Source: Eubacteriales bacterium
GTDB taxonomy: Bacteria; Bacillota; Clostridia; Oscillospirales; UMGS1783
NCBI GenBank assembly: GCA_045594545.1
Contig: JAZNYQ010000039.1
Coordinates: 15,494-79,493, forward strand
Reading direction: 5' to 3'
DNA: 64,000 bases
A program made the translations under genes and the position numbers. The notes beneath the pieces are model-generated. The model saw only the letters and a list, made by a program, of their open reading frames with translations. It was not told the DNA's origin and searched no databases. Positions 26,689 to 37,041 of this stretch are shown in pieces (within the stretch, counting starts at the first letter, position 1; each line of letters begins with the position of its first letter).

Positions 26689-29600
26689 CTATTGAATCCG
26701 CAATTCGTCATACACTTGCCCGACATTGATCGTCAGCAGTTTCGAAACGCCCTTCTCCTGCATGGTAACACCATACAGGACATCGGCCTCCTCCATCGTA
26801 CTGCGACGGTGAGATACAATAATTACCTGCGTATGTTCGGTAATGGTATGTAAGAAGGCGGCAAAACGCGCCGTGTTCACTTCATCGAGCGCCGTTTCGA
26901 TCTCATCCATGATACAGAACGGAGTGGGACGTACGCGAATGATGGCAAAGTACAAGGCGATGGCCACAAAGGCCTGCTCCCCGCCCGACAATGCCGACAG
27001 GTTCTTGATCACCTTGCCCGGCGGAGTAACCCGAATCTCAATGCCCGTATTAAGCATATCGGTCGGATCGGTCAAAATCAGATCGGCCTTACCGCCGCCA
27101 AACAACTCTTGGAAGGTCTGCTTGAAGGTCTCGTTGATAACCACAAACTGCTCCCCGAAGATCGACTTCATCTGCTCGGTCAGCTCAAAGATCACCTTTT
27201 CCATGTCGCTCTTGGCCTGTTCCAGATCATTGGTCTGCCCCATCAGGAAATCGTAACGGTCCTTGACCGCCTTGTATTCCTCAATGGCACCGATGTTAAC
27301 GTCACCCATGCGCTTCATCTTACCCTTGATCTCACCCAAGCGCTGTTGTGCCTTGGTAATGCTGGGCAATTCCTGCCGAAGCGGTTGCGCATCGGTCAAA
27401 GTCAGTTCATACTCGTCAAACAGACGGGCCACAATGTTATCGTATTCCGATTCGATGGTCTCCCGTCTGGTCTCCAAACGCTCCACCTCACGGATCAAAC
27501 GCTCTTTCTCAGCCGCAATGTCACGGGACGATACCCGCAACTCGTTAACCTTCTTCTCGGCCTCTTCACGCTGACGGCGAATGTCTTCCACGTGCGCCTG
27601 TTTATCCTTTGCCTGGGTACGCAAGTCTTCAGCCTGTGCACGGCAATTCTCAATGCCGGTCTCCAGTTCCGTATTCTTCTGCGCCAGTAAGTCCATCTCG
27701 GCATGTTTGGCATCCATGATCGAACTGCGCTCCATTTTGTAACCGTTGAGTTCTTCAATCGATCGCTGGATGGTTTCAATATCCTTTTCCATGGTAAAGA
27801 TGGCCAGTTTGCGCTCGCCGATCTGCGCCACGATCGCATCCCGACGGGCAATGATCTCCTCGTGCCCCTTGAGCAATTCGTCCGATTGAGCCGTGCGCTC
27901 GGCGATTTCCTTGGCTAACTCGTCGGACAGAGCCGAACAGGACACCATTTCGGCCTTGGCCGCATCGTACTGCGCATGCGCATCGGCATCCCGCTGGGTC
28001 AACTGGACTACAACCGCCTCAGCATTGCTCAGTCGTTGCTTGGCATCATCCAACCGCAGACGGTTGGCCATATTGGCATCCTCATGCTGACGGATCTCGG
28101 CACGCACGCCATCGGCAAACGCATTATCCCGTGCCAATTTATCGCTTAACTCATTGAGGGCTTCACAAGCCTTTTGATACTCGATCTCATGCGCTTTGAG
28201 TTCGCCCTCCAAACGCTTCATTTCGTTCTGTCGGGTCAGCAGTCCCGAACCCTTTACGGCACTGCCGCCGGTCATACTGCCGCCGGCATTCACGACCTGC
28301 CCGTCCAGAGTAACAATACGGAATTTATATCCGATCTGCTTTGCTAAGGCAACGGCATTCTCCAGATTGTAGACCACACATACCCGTCCCAACAACCAGT
28401 TGACCAGACTGCGATATTTGTCCTCACACTTGACCATCTCCGAGGCGATCCCCAGAAAACCGAGGCTCTCTTTCATCTCATCGGTGTTGATCACCTTGCC
28501 CGAAATGGTGGATACAGGCAAAAAGGTGGCCCGTCCCGCGTTATTGTTCTTGAGGTAATACACCGCCGCCTTGGCATCGTTTTCGGTATTTACCACAATG
28601 TTTTGAATGGTATTGCCCAGTGCTGTTTCAATGGCTACGGCATACTTTTCATCGGTACGCACGATCGAAGAAACCGGTCCGCACACGCCGTGTAACTGCT
28701 GACGGGACGAAGCTTGCATGACTCGTTTAACGCTGTCATGATACCCGTCAAAATGGTTCTGCATATCCGACAGTGTGGTCAGGCGCAGTTTCTTGGCATT
28801 GATATTGTTTTCCAGTTCCAGTTTGATCTTTTCCTGCTTCTCCACCCGCAACTGCAGGGCGTTGATGCGCATTTCATAGCCGCTGACCGTGTTGCTCAGG
28901 CCGTTGATGGCTTCGCAGGTCTTAGCGATCTCCTCTTCCTTTTCTTTGACCTGTCCTTCGATCTCGGCCTGTTCGCTCTTGGCCTGTGCCAACTGCTCGC
29001 TCAGTCTTTCAAAGTTCTGATTGAGTACCGCACAGTTACTCTCGGCAAATCCGATCTTGATCTTGGCATCGGTCAGACGCTCCGACAATTCCAGTATCTC
29101 GGCATTGAGGGTATTGATACGCTCTTCCACCTGCGATTCCTCGCCGTGGATGGCCGAGTTGGTGTCATTGAGAGCGGTCAACTGCTCTTGTTCTTTGGTT
29201 AAATCGGCTTGCAGAGCATCGATCTGAGATTGACGTCCCGCAATCGTTTCGTCAAAACTCTTCATCTTTTCATCGTCTTCGTCGATCTCGGCCTGCAAAC
29301 GGGCGATCAATTCGCCGTTGTGCTCCATATCACTGCGGATCAAAGAGATTTCATTCTCTTTAGCCGCCGCCTGTTCGTTAAGAGAAACGATCTCGCCACG
29401 CAGAAAATCAATCGCTTGGGTTGCCTGCTGGGCGGCCAGATAGATCTCTTCCGATTCCTTTTCCTGCAAAGTCATCTTCTGTTCAATACGATCCAAATCG
29501 GCACGACCGGTGATGCAGTCCTGCTCGATCTTCTCTTTATTGACCTTAATATTATCAATATTTCCCAGCCACAGGCTGACTTCAAGCCCTTTCTTTTCGT

Positions 29601-30258
29601 CCCGTAAACGCAGATATTCCCGCGCCGTTTCCGCCTGTTTTTCCAGCGGACCGACACGAGATTCCAGTTCGGCAACGATGTCCCGCAAACGGGTCAGATT
29701 TTCCTCGGTCTGCTCCAGCTTACGTTCGGTTTCCTGTTTGCGATAGCGGTACTTGGAGATACCCGCCGCCTCTTCAAAGATCTGGCGGCGTTCATCGCTC
29801 TTAGATGCCAGAATATCCGAAATCTTGCCCTGACCGATAATCGAATAGCCGTCGCGGCCAAGACCGGTATCCATGAGCAGTTCATGAATATCCTTAAGAC
29901 GGACGGGACTGCGATTGATCATGTATTCACTCTCGCCCGAACGGTAGTATCGACGGGTCACGGTAACCTCGGTAAAATCGATGGGCAGACTCTTGTCCGA
30001 GTTATCCAATGTCAGTGAAACCTCCGCAAAACCCATGGCTTTGCGGCCGGTCGTACCGTCGAACACGACATCTTCCATCTTGGTACCGCGCAACATCTTC
30101 GAACTCATTTCGCCCAGCACCCAGCGCACGGCATCGGTAATATTACTCTTGCCGCTTCCGTTGGGTCCCACGATGGCGGTGATACCCTTATTGAAATGGA
30201 TGGTCGTTTTGTCGGGAAACGATTTGAATCCCTGCATTTGTAACGATTTCAAAAACAT
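26689..30258 (-). CDS. smc: Chromosome partition protein Smc
   Basis: 1189 aa with Walker A GPNGSGKSN, long coiled coils, hinge, LSGGE signature and Walker B. Confidence 0.97.
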   Translation of the reverse strand: MFLKSLQMQGFKSFPDKTTIHFNKGITAIVGPNGSGKSNITDAVRWVLGEMSSKMLRGTKMEDVVFDGTTGRKAMGFAEVSLTLDNSDKSLPIDFTEVTVTRRYYRSGESEYMINRSPVRLKDIHELLMDTGLGRDGYSIIGQGKISDILASKSDERRQIFEEAAGISKYRYRKQETERKLEQTEENLTRLRDIVAELESRVGPLEKQAETAREYLRLRDEKKGLEVSLWLGNIDNIKVNKEKIEQDCITGRADLDRIEQKMTLQEKESEEIYLAAQQATQAIDFLRGEIVSLNEQAAAKENEISLIRSDMEHNGELIARLQAEIDEDDEKMKSFDETIAGRQSQIDALQADLTKEQEQLTALNDTNSAIHGEESQVEERINTLNAEILELSERLTDAKIKIGFAESNCAVLNQNFERLSEQLAQAKSEQAEIEGQVKEKEEEIAKTCEAINGLSNTVSGYEMRINALQLRVEKQEKIKLELENNINAKKLRLTTLSDMQNHFDGYHDSVKRVMQASSRQQLHGVCGPVSSIVRTDEKYAVAIETALGNTIQNIVVNTENDAKAAVYYLKNNNAGRATFLPVSTISGKVINTDEMKESLGFLGIASEMVKCEDKYRSLVNWLLGRVCVVYNLENAVALAKQIGYKFRIVTLDGQVVNAGGSMTGGSAVKGSGLLTRQNEMKRLEGELKAHEIEYQKACEALNELSDKLARDNAFADGVRAEIRQHEDANMANRLRLDDAKQRLSNAEAVVVQLTQRDADAHAQYDAAKAEMVSCSALSDELAKEIAERTAQSDELLKGHEEIIARRDAIVAQIGERKLAIFTMEKDIETIQRSIEELNGYKMERSSIMDAKHAEMDLLAQKNTELETGIENCRAQAEDLRTQAKDKQAHVEDIRRQREEAEKKVNELRVSSRDIAAEKERLIREVERLETRRETIESEYDNIVARLFDEYELTLTDAQPLRQELPSITKAQQRLGEIKGKMKRMGDVNIGAIEEYKAVKDRYDFLMGQTNDLEQAKSDMEKVIFELTEQMKSIFGEQFVVINETFKQTFQELFGGGKADLILTDPTDMLNTGIEIRVTPPGKVIKNLSALSGGEQAFVAIALYFAIIRVRPTPFCIMDEIETALDEVNTARFAAFLHTITEHTQVIIVSHRRSTMEEADVLYGVTMQEKGVSKLLTINVGQVYDELRIQ

Positions 30259-30299
30259 TCTTGCATAAACCTCAATTCTGTTAAGGCATTTGATTAAAA

Positions 30300-30328
30300 A
30301 TTATATCAAAAAACAAAGGAAATTTCAA
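30300..30328 (-). promoter_or_regulatory. Candidate sigma-A promoter for smc
   Basis: Minus strand reads TTGAAA-17 nt-TATAAT, about 40 nt upstream of the smc ATG. Confidence 0.55.
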
Positions 30329-30370
30329 TATTTATTCTGTTTTTTTCGCTTTTTAAAAAGGTTTTTGAAC

Positions 30371-30413
30371 GAAAAATGGGCCGTTTCTTCCCGTTTTTGT
30401 GAAGAAACAGCCC
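30371..30413 (-). terminator. Terminator after rnc
   Basis: 13-bp stem GGGCUGUUUCUUC/GAAGAAACGGCCC followed by AUUUUUC. The single non-Watson-Crick pair is a G-U wobble only on the minus-strand transcript. Confidence 0.7.
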
Positions 30414-30421
30414 GATTTCTC

Positions 30422-31108
30422 TTACAAACCCATCAGTTTTAGCGCTTCATTGGCCGCCATTTGTTCGGCTTCTTTCTTGCTTCGCCCCGTTCCCGTACCG
30501 ATACAGTTGCTGTTAAGCAACACGGCGACGGTAAAAACTTTGCGATGATCCGGCCCTTCCGATTTGAGTAAGCGATAGGTCAGATGCTCACCCCGATTTT
30601 GCTGGACGATCTCCTGCAACATCGTCTTGGCATCTTTAAACAACCGCCCCGAAATGGCATCGGGTAACCCCCGTTCCAGATAGGGCAAAATAAACGTTCT
30701 TGCCGCTTCGATCCCGCCGTCCAGATAGATGGCGGCAATCAAGGCTTCAAAGGCATCGGCCAAAGCCGAGGGACGATGACCGCCGTCCGACAGTTCCTCA
30801 CTGCGGCTAAATCGAATATACTCCCCCAGATCGATCTCAAGGGCAAACTTAGCCAGAGAGGCTTCACACACCAAGGCGGCGCGCAATTTGCTCAGGCTTC
30901 CCTCGTTAAACCGATTCTGATCCAGAAAGAGCATACCGGCGCAGATAAAACCCAGCACCGAGTCACCCAAAAATTCCAACCGTTCATTGGACACGGTTCC
31001 CTCTTCTTTGGCCTCGTTGACATAAGAAGAATGGGTAAGCGCCCGTTGCAACAAGGACTTATCCTGAAAACAATATCCGATTTTTTCTTCCAGCGCGCTG
31101 ATATTCAT
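30422..31108 (-). CDS. rnc: Ribonuclease III
   Basis: RNase III signature ERLEFLGDSVL and a C-terminal dsRBD. ATG at 31108; the track start at 31138 is TTG. Confidence 0.93.
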   Translation of the reverse strand: MNISALEEKIGYCFQDKSLLQRALTHSSYVNEAKEEGTVSNERLEFLGDSVLGFICAGMLFLDQNRFNEGSLSKLRAALVCEASLAKFALEIDLGEYIRFSRSEELSDGGHRPSALADAFEALIAAIYLDGGIEAARTFILPYLERGLPDAISGRLFKDAKTMLQEIVQQNRGEHLTYRLLKSEGPDHRKVFTVAVLLNSNCIGTGTGRSKKEAEQMAANEALKLMGL

Positions 31109-31172
31109 CTTCTCACACCCTTCCCAAAGATAAGGCAATATCCCCTCATGGTAAGGGGATATTGAATCATTC

Positions 31173-31409
31173 TCAGTTGCCCTGCTTCTCGGTGATGTAA
31201 TTCACGACATCGCCGATGGTCTTTACTCCGTCGACATCCTGATCGTCGATGGGCACGCCGAACTCTTCTTCTACGGCCATGATCAATTCTACGATATCCA
31301 GCGAATCGGCTTCCAGATCGTCCACAAAAGAGGTCTGCATCGTGATCGTATCCGGATCGCTGATCATAAACTGTTCCACAATAAGGGCTTTAATTTTATC
31401 AAATACCAT
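31173..31409 (-). CDS. acpP: Acyl carrier protein
   Basis: 78 aa with phosphopantetheine site DLEADSLDIVEL. Confidence 0.95.
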   Translation of the reverse strand: MVFDKIKALIVEQFMISDPDTITMQTSFVDDLEADSLDIVELIMAVEEEFGVPIDDQDVDGVKTIGDVVNYITEKQGN

Positions 31410-31448
31410 GATTCATTTTCCTCCATAATTTGGCTGATTTCATTAAAG

Positions 31449-31477
31449 ATGATAAATTGAAATTACCGTTCTGTCAA
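31449..31477 (-). promoter_or_regulatory. Candidate sigma-A promoter for acpP
   Basis: Minus strand reads TTGACA-17 nt-TATCAT, about 40 nt upstream of the acpP ATG. Confidence 0.55.
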
Positions 31478-31507
31478 GAGTTATTTCAAAAATATTAACA
31501 AATTTCC

Positions 31508-32518
31508 TCAATTTTCCTTCTTGACCGCAGGCATCATCATTTCGGATAATTGACCGATGATACCGGCCCGATGCAGTTCCGTTGCCTGACGGATGGCGTT
31601 CTTAAAGGCTACGGCATTCGACGAGCCGTGTGCCTTGATCACGATGCCCGACACACCCAGAAGCGGAGCCCCGCCCGACTCGGTATAATCCAGTGATTTC
31701 TTAAACTGATTAAACTCTTTGGCGATCAACAGGGTACCCAGTTTCGTGCGAAGATTTTTAAAGAGTACTCCTTTGAGGGATTTCGAGATCATCTTGCCCA
31801 TACCCTCCAAGGCCTTCAGATAGACATTGCCCGAAAACCCGTCGGTAACCACAACATCAACATGACCCAACAGACCGTCACGCCCTTCGATATTGCCGAC
31901 ATAACAAATGCGCTCTTCCTGTTTGAGCAACGCATTGGCTTCGACCTGCAGGGACGTGCCCTTGGTGTCTTCCGTGCCGTTATTGAGCAAGCCGACACGG
32001 GGAGCATCCATTCCGTACAGACATTTCATATACATGCTGCCCATAATGGCAAACTGATGCAGATACTCGGCCGAACACTCAACATTGGCACCGCTGTCGA
32101 TAAGCAGATGCTTTCTCCCTTCAATGCTGGGGAGCAGACCGCCGATAGCGGCACGCTTCACGCCTTTCATGCGTTTGACCAACAGTGTGGCACCGGTAAT
32201 GACCGCGCCGGTATTACCGGCCGAGATAAAGGCGTCTCCCTTTCCCTCTTTGAGCATACGCATACCCACCGCCATGGAAGAATCTTTTTTCTCCTTGACA
32301 ACGCTGTCGGCATGGTCGGTCATTTCCACGACCTGCTCGGTATGGGTGATCGACATGCCCGTCAGATCGATATTATGATCTTTCGCGCACTGCTCGATCA
32401 CGTCCTGTTTGCCGCACAGAAGGATCTCCACCCCGTATTCGGCAACGGCGAGAGCGCAGCCTTTCAGAATTTGTTCGGGGGCGTGATCGCCTCCCATGGC
32501 ATCCACAATAATCTTCAT
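31508..32518 (-). CDS. plsX: Phosphate acyltransferase PlsX
   Basis: IVDAMGGDHAP N-terminus and typical length. ATGA overlap with trmFO. Confidence 0.95.
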   Translation of the reverse strand: MKIIVDAMGGDHAPEQILKGCALAVAEYGVEILLCGKQDVIEQCAKDHNIDLTGMSITHTEQVVEMTDHADSVVKEKKDSSMAVGMRMLKEGKGDAFISAGNTGAVITGATLLVKRMKGVKRAAIGGLLPSIEGRKHLLIDSGANVECSAEYLHQFAIMGSMYMKCLYGMDAPRVGLLNNGTEDTKGTSLQVEANALLKQEERICYVGNIEGRDGLLGHVDVVVTDGFSGNVYLKALEGMGKMISKSLKGVLFKNLRTKLGTLLIAKEFNQFKKSLDYTESGGAPLLGVSGIVIKAHGSSNAVAFKNAIRQATELHRAGIIGQLSEMMMPAVKKEN

Positions 32519-33837
32519 CTTACGTTCCTTTTCTGCGGCAGAACTTCAGCCGCTATTCTGGTAATTTCCTCCTGTGCCATAGCGGAAATCATGGCACGGC
32601 GATCCTTTTTCTTTTTTGCCGTTATCTTAGTCTGATCAAAAATGCCGAAATTGACATTCATGGGCTGGAAATTTGCAATCGATTCATTGCTGATATAATG
32701 CGCCAACGATCCGATGGCGGTATTAGCCGGAAAGTCCACGCTCGATTCCCCTAAGGCCATCCGTGCCGCGGCAATACCGGCAACCAGACCGGAAGCCGTA
32801 CTTTCGACATACCCCTCCACGCCCGTCATCTGACCGGCGAAAAACAGTCCCTTTCGCATTTTGACCATATAGTTGGCATCCAACCGGCCGGGCGAACGGA
32901 GAAAGGTATTGCGATGCATGACCCCATAGCGAACAAACTCAGCCTGTTCGAGCCCCGGAATCATGGAAAAGATGCGTTTTTGTTCGGGCATACGAAGATG
33001 AGTCTGGAACCCGACGATATTATACAAGCTTCCCTCGCTGTTATCTTTGCGTAACTGCACTACGGCATAAGGGTCTTTCCCCGTGCGGGGATCAGGCAAG
33101 CCGACCGGCTTTAAGGGACCGAAACGAATAATATCCTCACCTCGACGCGCCATGACCTCAATGGGCATACACCCCTCAAAAACACGGCTATCCTCAAACT
33201 CATGCAACTGCACACACTCGCCGTTGACCAGTTCCCGATGGAACGCCTGATACTGTTCCTTATCCATGGGGCAGTTGATATAATCAGGGCTTCCCTTTCC
33301 GTAGCGGGAAGCAAAGTAGGCCTTTGACATATCAATACTGTCAAAGGTTACAATAGGAGCGGCCGCATCGAAAAAGGAAAGCGGTTCACCCAACATGGCC
33401 GAGATATCCTGCGCCAACGCCCCATCGGTTAACGGGCCGGTGGCCATGATACAGATCTCATCCTCGGGGATCTTCTCTACCTTTTGGCTTACAAATGTAA
33501 TATGAGAATGGTTTACTATTTTTTCGGTAATATAGCGGGAGAAGGCTTCCCGATCGACGGCCAAGGCACCGCCGGCGGGAACGGTTGTGGCATCGGCGGC
33601 GGTCAAGATCAACGAATTCATGATCCGCAATTCTTCTTTGAGCAGACCGACGGCATTTTCCAGTCCTGCGGCACGTAAAGAATTGGAACAGACCAATTCG
33701 GCAAAATTACCGCTATGGTGGGCAGGAGTATATTCATGGGGCTTCATATCGATCAGCTCAACGTCCACGCCACGCTCAGCCGCCTGCCAAGCGGCTTCGC
33801 AACCGGCCAATCCCGCACCGATGATCTTAATTTTCAT
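32515..33837 (-). CDS. trmFO: Methylenetetrahydrofolate--tRNA-(uracil-5-)-methyltransferase TrmFO
   Basis: IIGAGLAGCEAAWQ FAD motif. About 440 aa, with the conserved topA-trmFO order. Confidence 0.93.
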   Translation of the reverse strand: MKIKIIGAGLAGCEAAWQAAERGVDVELIDMKPHEYTPAHHSGNFAELVCSNSLRAAGLENAVGLLKEELRIMNSLILTAADATTVPAGGALAVDREAFSRYITEKIVNHSHITFVSQKVEKIPEDEICIMATGPLTDGALAQDISAMLGEPLSFFDAAAPIVTFDSIDMSKAYFASRYGKGSPDYINCPMDKEQYQAFHRELVNGECVQLHEFEDSRVFEGCMPIEVMARRGEDIIRFGPLKPVGLPDPRTGKDPYAVVQLRKDNSEGSLYNIVGFQTHLRMPEQKRIFSMIPGLEQAEFVRYGVMHRNTFLRSPGRLDANYMVKMRKGLFFAGQMTGVEGYVESTASGLVAGIAAARMALGESSVDFPANTAIGSLAHYISNESIANFQPMNVNFGIFDQTKITAKKKKDRRAMISAMAQEEITRIAAEVLPQKRNVR

Positions 33838-35917
33838 TTTTATTCTCCGGTTGCTTTTCGAAACCGCAACCCTCTTGCAGGCAATGGATCTTACCGCCTC
33901 GGCGCATTTCGCGGAACAGGGTTTTTCCGCACTGCGGACAGGTTTCAGCCAACGGCTTATCCCACGTCATAAAGCCGCAATCCTTTCCTTTTTCACAGGC
34001 ATAATAAGTTTTACCCTTGCGGGTCTTTCTCTCAACGATACGGCTGCCGCACAGGGGGCACTTGCCATCGGTTTCGACCAAAATGGACTTGGTGTTTCGG
34101 CATTGCGGGAAACCGGGGCAGGCCAAAAACTTACCGTTTTTGCCGTTACGGATAACCATATTCCGTCCGCATTTTTCGCAGATAATGTCGGTTACTTCTT
34201 CGGGGACTTTGATCTTAATGCCCTCGAATTTCTTATCGGCCTGTGCCAAAGTCTTGGCAAAGTCGCCGTAGAAATCGCGGATGACCTCGACCCATTCGAC
34301 CTCACCGTCGGCCACCTTTTCCAGATTATCCTCCATAGCGGCGGTAAATTTGACATTGACAATATCCTTAAAGTTCTCGATCATGACCTGATTGACCGTT
34401 TCGCCCAAGGGAGTAGGAGAAAGAATCTTTTTTTCTCTCTCGGCATAGTCGCGGCTGATCACGGTAGCAATCGTAGGGGCATAGGTGCTGGGGCGACCGA
34501 TGCCCTTATCTTCCATGGCCTTGATCAAGGTATCGTCGGTATAGCGTGCCGGCGGCTGGGTAAATTTCTGCTCAGTGAGCAGTTCCAAGAACGGCAGAAC
34601 ATCACCCACCTGCATTTCGGGGATACCCTTACTTGGTGTATCGTCCTCGTCTTTGCTTTCGCTGTACAGTTTAGCATAGCCGTCAAAAACGACCTTATTA
34701 TGGGTAAGTTTGAACACGTAGTCATTGGCCGTGATCTCCACGGTAGTGACATCCAAGGTTTTATTGGACATCTGACAGGCGACAAAGCGGCTCCAGATCA
34801 GTTTATACAAACGGTACTGCTGGGGTGTCAGACTGTCCTTGATACGATCGGGGACGAGATTGACATCGGTAGGACGGATAGCTTCATGCGCATCCTGTGC
34901 ATTTTTAGATTTGGTAAAGACATTGGGTGAGGACGGACAATATTCCTTGCCGTAGGTTTTGACGATATAATCGCGGGCCGATTGAGCGGCATCATCCGAG
35001 ATGCGTAAGGAGTCGGTACGCATATAGGTGATCAGACCGGTAGAGCCGACCCCATCGATATCGATACCTTCATACAACTGCTGGGCGGTACGCATGGTGA
35101 TCTCGGGGCGGAAGCCAAAGCGTCTGGAAGCTTCACGCTGGAGAGTCGAGGTAATATAGGGCGGCATGGGTTTGACCGTTTTTTTCTTTTTGGTAATATC
35201 CGAAACGATATACTGCGCCCCGTCCAAGGCGGCGACAACCGCATCGGTCTGCTCTTTATTTTTCAGTTCGATCTTGCCGTTGCGATCGCCGTAGAAATTG
35301 GCCACATATTTGGCCTTACCTACGCCCTTAAACTGAGCGGCGAGAGACCAATATTCTTCGGGAACGAAGGCTTCGATCTCGCGTTCGCGATCGCAGAGCA
35401 TACGCACAACGACCGACTGGACACGACCGGCCGAGAGACCCTTCTTGATTTTTTTCCACAGAAAGGGGCTGATCTTATAGCCGACCAGACGGTCGAGCAC
35501 GCGGCGGGCTTGTTGGGCATCGACCATGTCCTGATTGATGCAAGCGGGGTGCTTCATGCCTTCCAGTACGGCTTTTTTGCTGATCTCATTAAAAGTAACG
35601 CGGTTTTTCTTGGTAGTATCCAGCCCCAGCATATAGGCCAGATGCCACGAAATGGCTTCACCCTCTCGATCCGGGTCGGTTGCCAGAAAGACGGCGTCGC
35701 ATTTGGCGGCCTTCTTTTTGATGTCGTTGATGACGTCTTTTTTCCCGCGCATCATAATATACTTAGGCTTAAAATCGTTATCCACATCCACACCTAAGGA
35801 GCTGACGGGAAGGTCACGCACATGGCCGACCGAGGCTACGACCTCGTAGTCTTTTCCGAGATATTTTTTTATCGTACCTGCCTTGGCAGGCGACTCCACA
35901 ATCACAAGTTTTGCCAT
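33827..35917 (-). CDS. topA: DNA topoisomerase I
   Basis: Toprim N-terminus LVIVESPAKAGTIKKYLG, catalytic region (ITYMRTDS) and C-terminal zinc ribbons (CEKCGRNM, CPLCGS, CPQCG). Confidence 0.97.
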   Translation of the reverse strand: MAKLVIVESPAKAGTIKKYLGKDYEVVASVGHVRDLPVSSLGVDVDNDFKPKYIMMRGKKDVINDIKKKAAKCDAVFLATDPDREGEAISWHLAYMLGLDTTKKNRVTFNEISKKAVLEGMKHPACINQDMVDAQQARRVLDRLVGYKISPFLWKKIKKGLSAGRVQSVVVRMLCDREREIEAFVPEEYWSLAAQFKGVGKAKYVANFYGDRNGKIELKNKEQTDAVVAALDGAQYIVSDITKKKKTVKPMPPYITSTLQREASRRFGFRPEITMRTAQQLYEGIDIDGVGSTGLITYMRTDSLRISDDAAQSARDYIVKTYGKEYCPSSPNVFTKSKNAQDAHEAIRPTDVNLVPDRIKDSLTPQQYRLYKLIWSRFVACQMSNKTLDVTTVEITANDYVFKLTHNKVVFDGYAKLYSESKDEDDTPSKGIPEMQVGDVLPFLELLTEQKFTQPPARYTDDTLIKAMEDKGIGRPSTYAPTIATVISRDYAEREKKILSPTPLGETVNQVMIENFKDIVNVKFTAAMEDNLEKVADGEVEWVEVIRDFYGDFAKTLAQADKKFEGIKIKVPEEVTDIICEKCGRNMVIRNGKNGKFLACPGFPQCRNTKSILVETDGKCPLCGSRIVERKTRKGKTYYACEKGKDCGFMTWDKPLAETCPQCGKTLFREMRRGGKIHCLQEGCGFEKQPENKNEN

Positions 35918-35925
35918 GGTTCCTC

Positions 35926-37041
35926 CTAAATGGTGAATGTTTTCGAAAGGGCATAACTGCCACCGGGCTTCTCGGTTATTATGCCTCGAATCTGCAAATC
36001 TGTCAACAGTAAAATGATATTTGACAGTTCAATTTTTGTTTTTAAGGATAATTCCGTCATGTCGGCATCGCCATTCATCAGCACATCGATAATGGCTTGC
36101 TGCTGGTCGTTTTCCGCGACAGGATCCGGTACGGCGGGCTCTGCCGGTTTGTGATTGGCAAAGATATATCCGTACTCCTCCAACACGTCCATGGCCGATT
36201 CCACCAGTTTTGCGCCGCTGCGGATCAACCGATTCGGGCCCATGCTTTGGCGGACGTCAACATCGCCGGGGATGGCAAAGACATCACGGTTATATTGCAC
36301 GGCCCATTTCGTCGTAATCAAGGAACCGCTTTTCTCGGGAGACTGGACGTGGAGCACGCCGTTGGCCATGCCGGCGATCAGGCGGTTTCTTGGCTGAAAG
36401 TTGCCGCCGAGGGGTGGCGTACCGGGGAGAAATTCGCTGATGACGCATCCGTTTTCGGCAATCTGCCAATACAGGTTATACTGGGAATTGGGATAAATGA
36501 CATCGATTCCGCCGGGTAGGATGGCCACGGTTTTCCCTTTGCTGCCAAGGGCGGCACGGTGGGCGGTAGCGTCGATCCCGTCGGACATACCGCCGATGAT
36601 GGTGCAACCGATTTCGGCCAGATCGGCCGTGATCTGTTCGGCCATACGGCGGCCGTAAACGGTCATGTTACGGGTACCGGCCACGGCAATTTGTAGGATC
36701 GAATCCCGCCAAACCGGCTCACCCTTACAAAAGAGCAGTACGGGCGGGTCGTCCATAGTCTTGAAATTTTCCGGATAGTCCTCATCCCAATAGGTTGTCA
36801 TCCATACATCGTTCTTCTCACAATAGCCGAGGATCGGCTCAATGGTGGTGAGCGTTTTATTATTCAGAAGTTTTTGGATCAGATCGGGCGAGAGTAATCC
36901 GCATTGGCGCAGTTGTGATTCCGTTGCCGCAAAAACGGCTTCGACCGAACCGAAATATTCGATAAGAGGCAAGGTGTTCCGATTGGCCGGTGACATCAAC
37001 GCCACAAGCCAGACGAGATAAGCCAGTGAGCTTTGTTCCAT
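35926..37041 (-). CDS. dprA: DNA-processing protein DprA (Smf)
   Basis: DprA Rossmann-like core (GMSDGIDATAHRAAL, GSLITTKWAVQYNRDVFAIPG). The ATG at 37041 forms a TAATG junction with the upstream gene; the track start is GTG. Confidence 0.9.
   Translation of the reverse strand: MEQSSLAYLVWLVALMSPANRNTLPLIEYFGSVEAVFAATESQLRQCGLLSPDLIQKLLNNKTLTTIEPILGYCEKNDVWMTTYWDEDYPENFKTMDDPPVLLFCKGEPVWRDSILQIAVAGTRNMTVYGRRMAEQITADLAEIGCTIIGGMSDGIDATAHRAALGSKGKTVAILPGGIDVIYPNSQYNLYWQIAENGCVISEFLPGTPPLGGNFQPRNRLIAGMANGVLHVQSPEKSGSLITTKWAVQYNRDVFAIPGDVDVRQSMGPNRLIRSGAKLVESAMDVLEEYGYIFANHKPAEPAVPDPVAENDQQQAIIDVLMNGDADMTELSLKTKIELSNIILLLTDLQIRGIITEKPGGSYALSKTFTI

Noticed and set aside
33587-34930. Very long plus-strand ORFs antisense to real minus-strand genes: 33587..34930 (447 aa), 58902..60212 (436 aa), 61685..62920 (411 aa), 14459..15655 (398 aa), 1693..2748 (351 aa), 25948..26853 (301 aa), 32... 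257 aa, 54485..55255 (256 aa) and 45801..46538 (245 aa).
   Set aside because: - Each lies opposite a gene with unmistakable family motifs.
- For the purB, topA, rnfC, ispH and purM cases, the start coordinate is congruent mod 3 with the sense gene's codon boundaries. This is the codon-aligned antisense frame, where stops arise only from the sense codons TTA, CTA and TCA, which these genes evidently avoid.
- The translations are low-complexity with no recognisable motifs, no SD and no promoter or terminator of their own.
- These are classic shadow ORFs.
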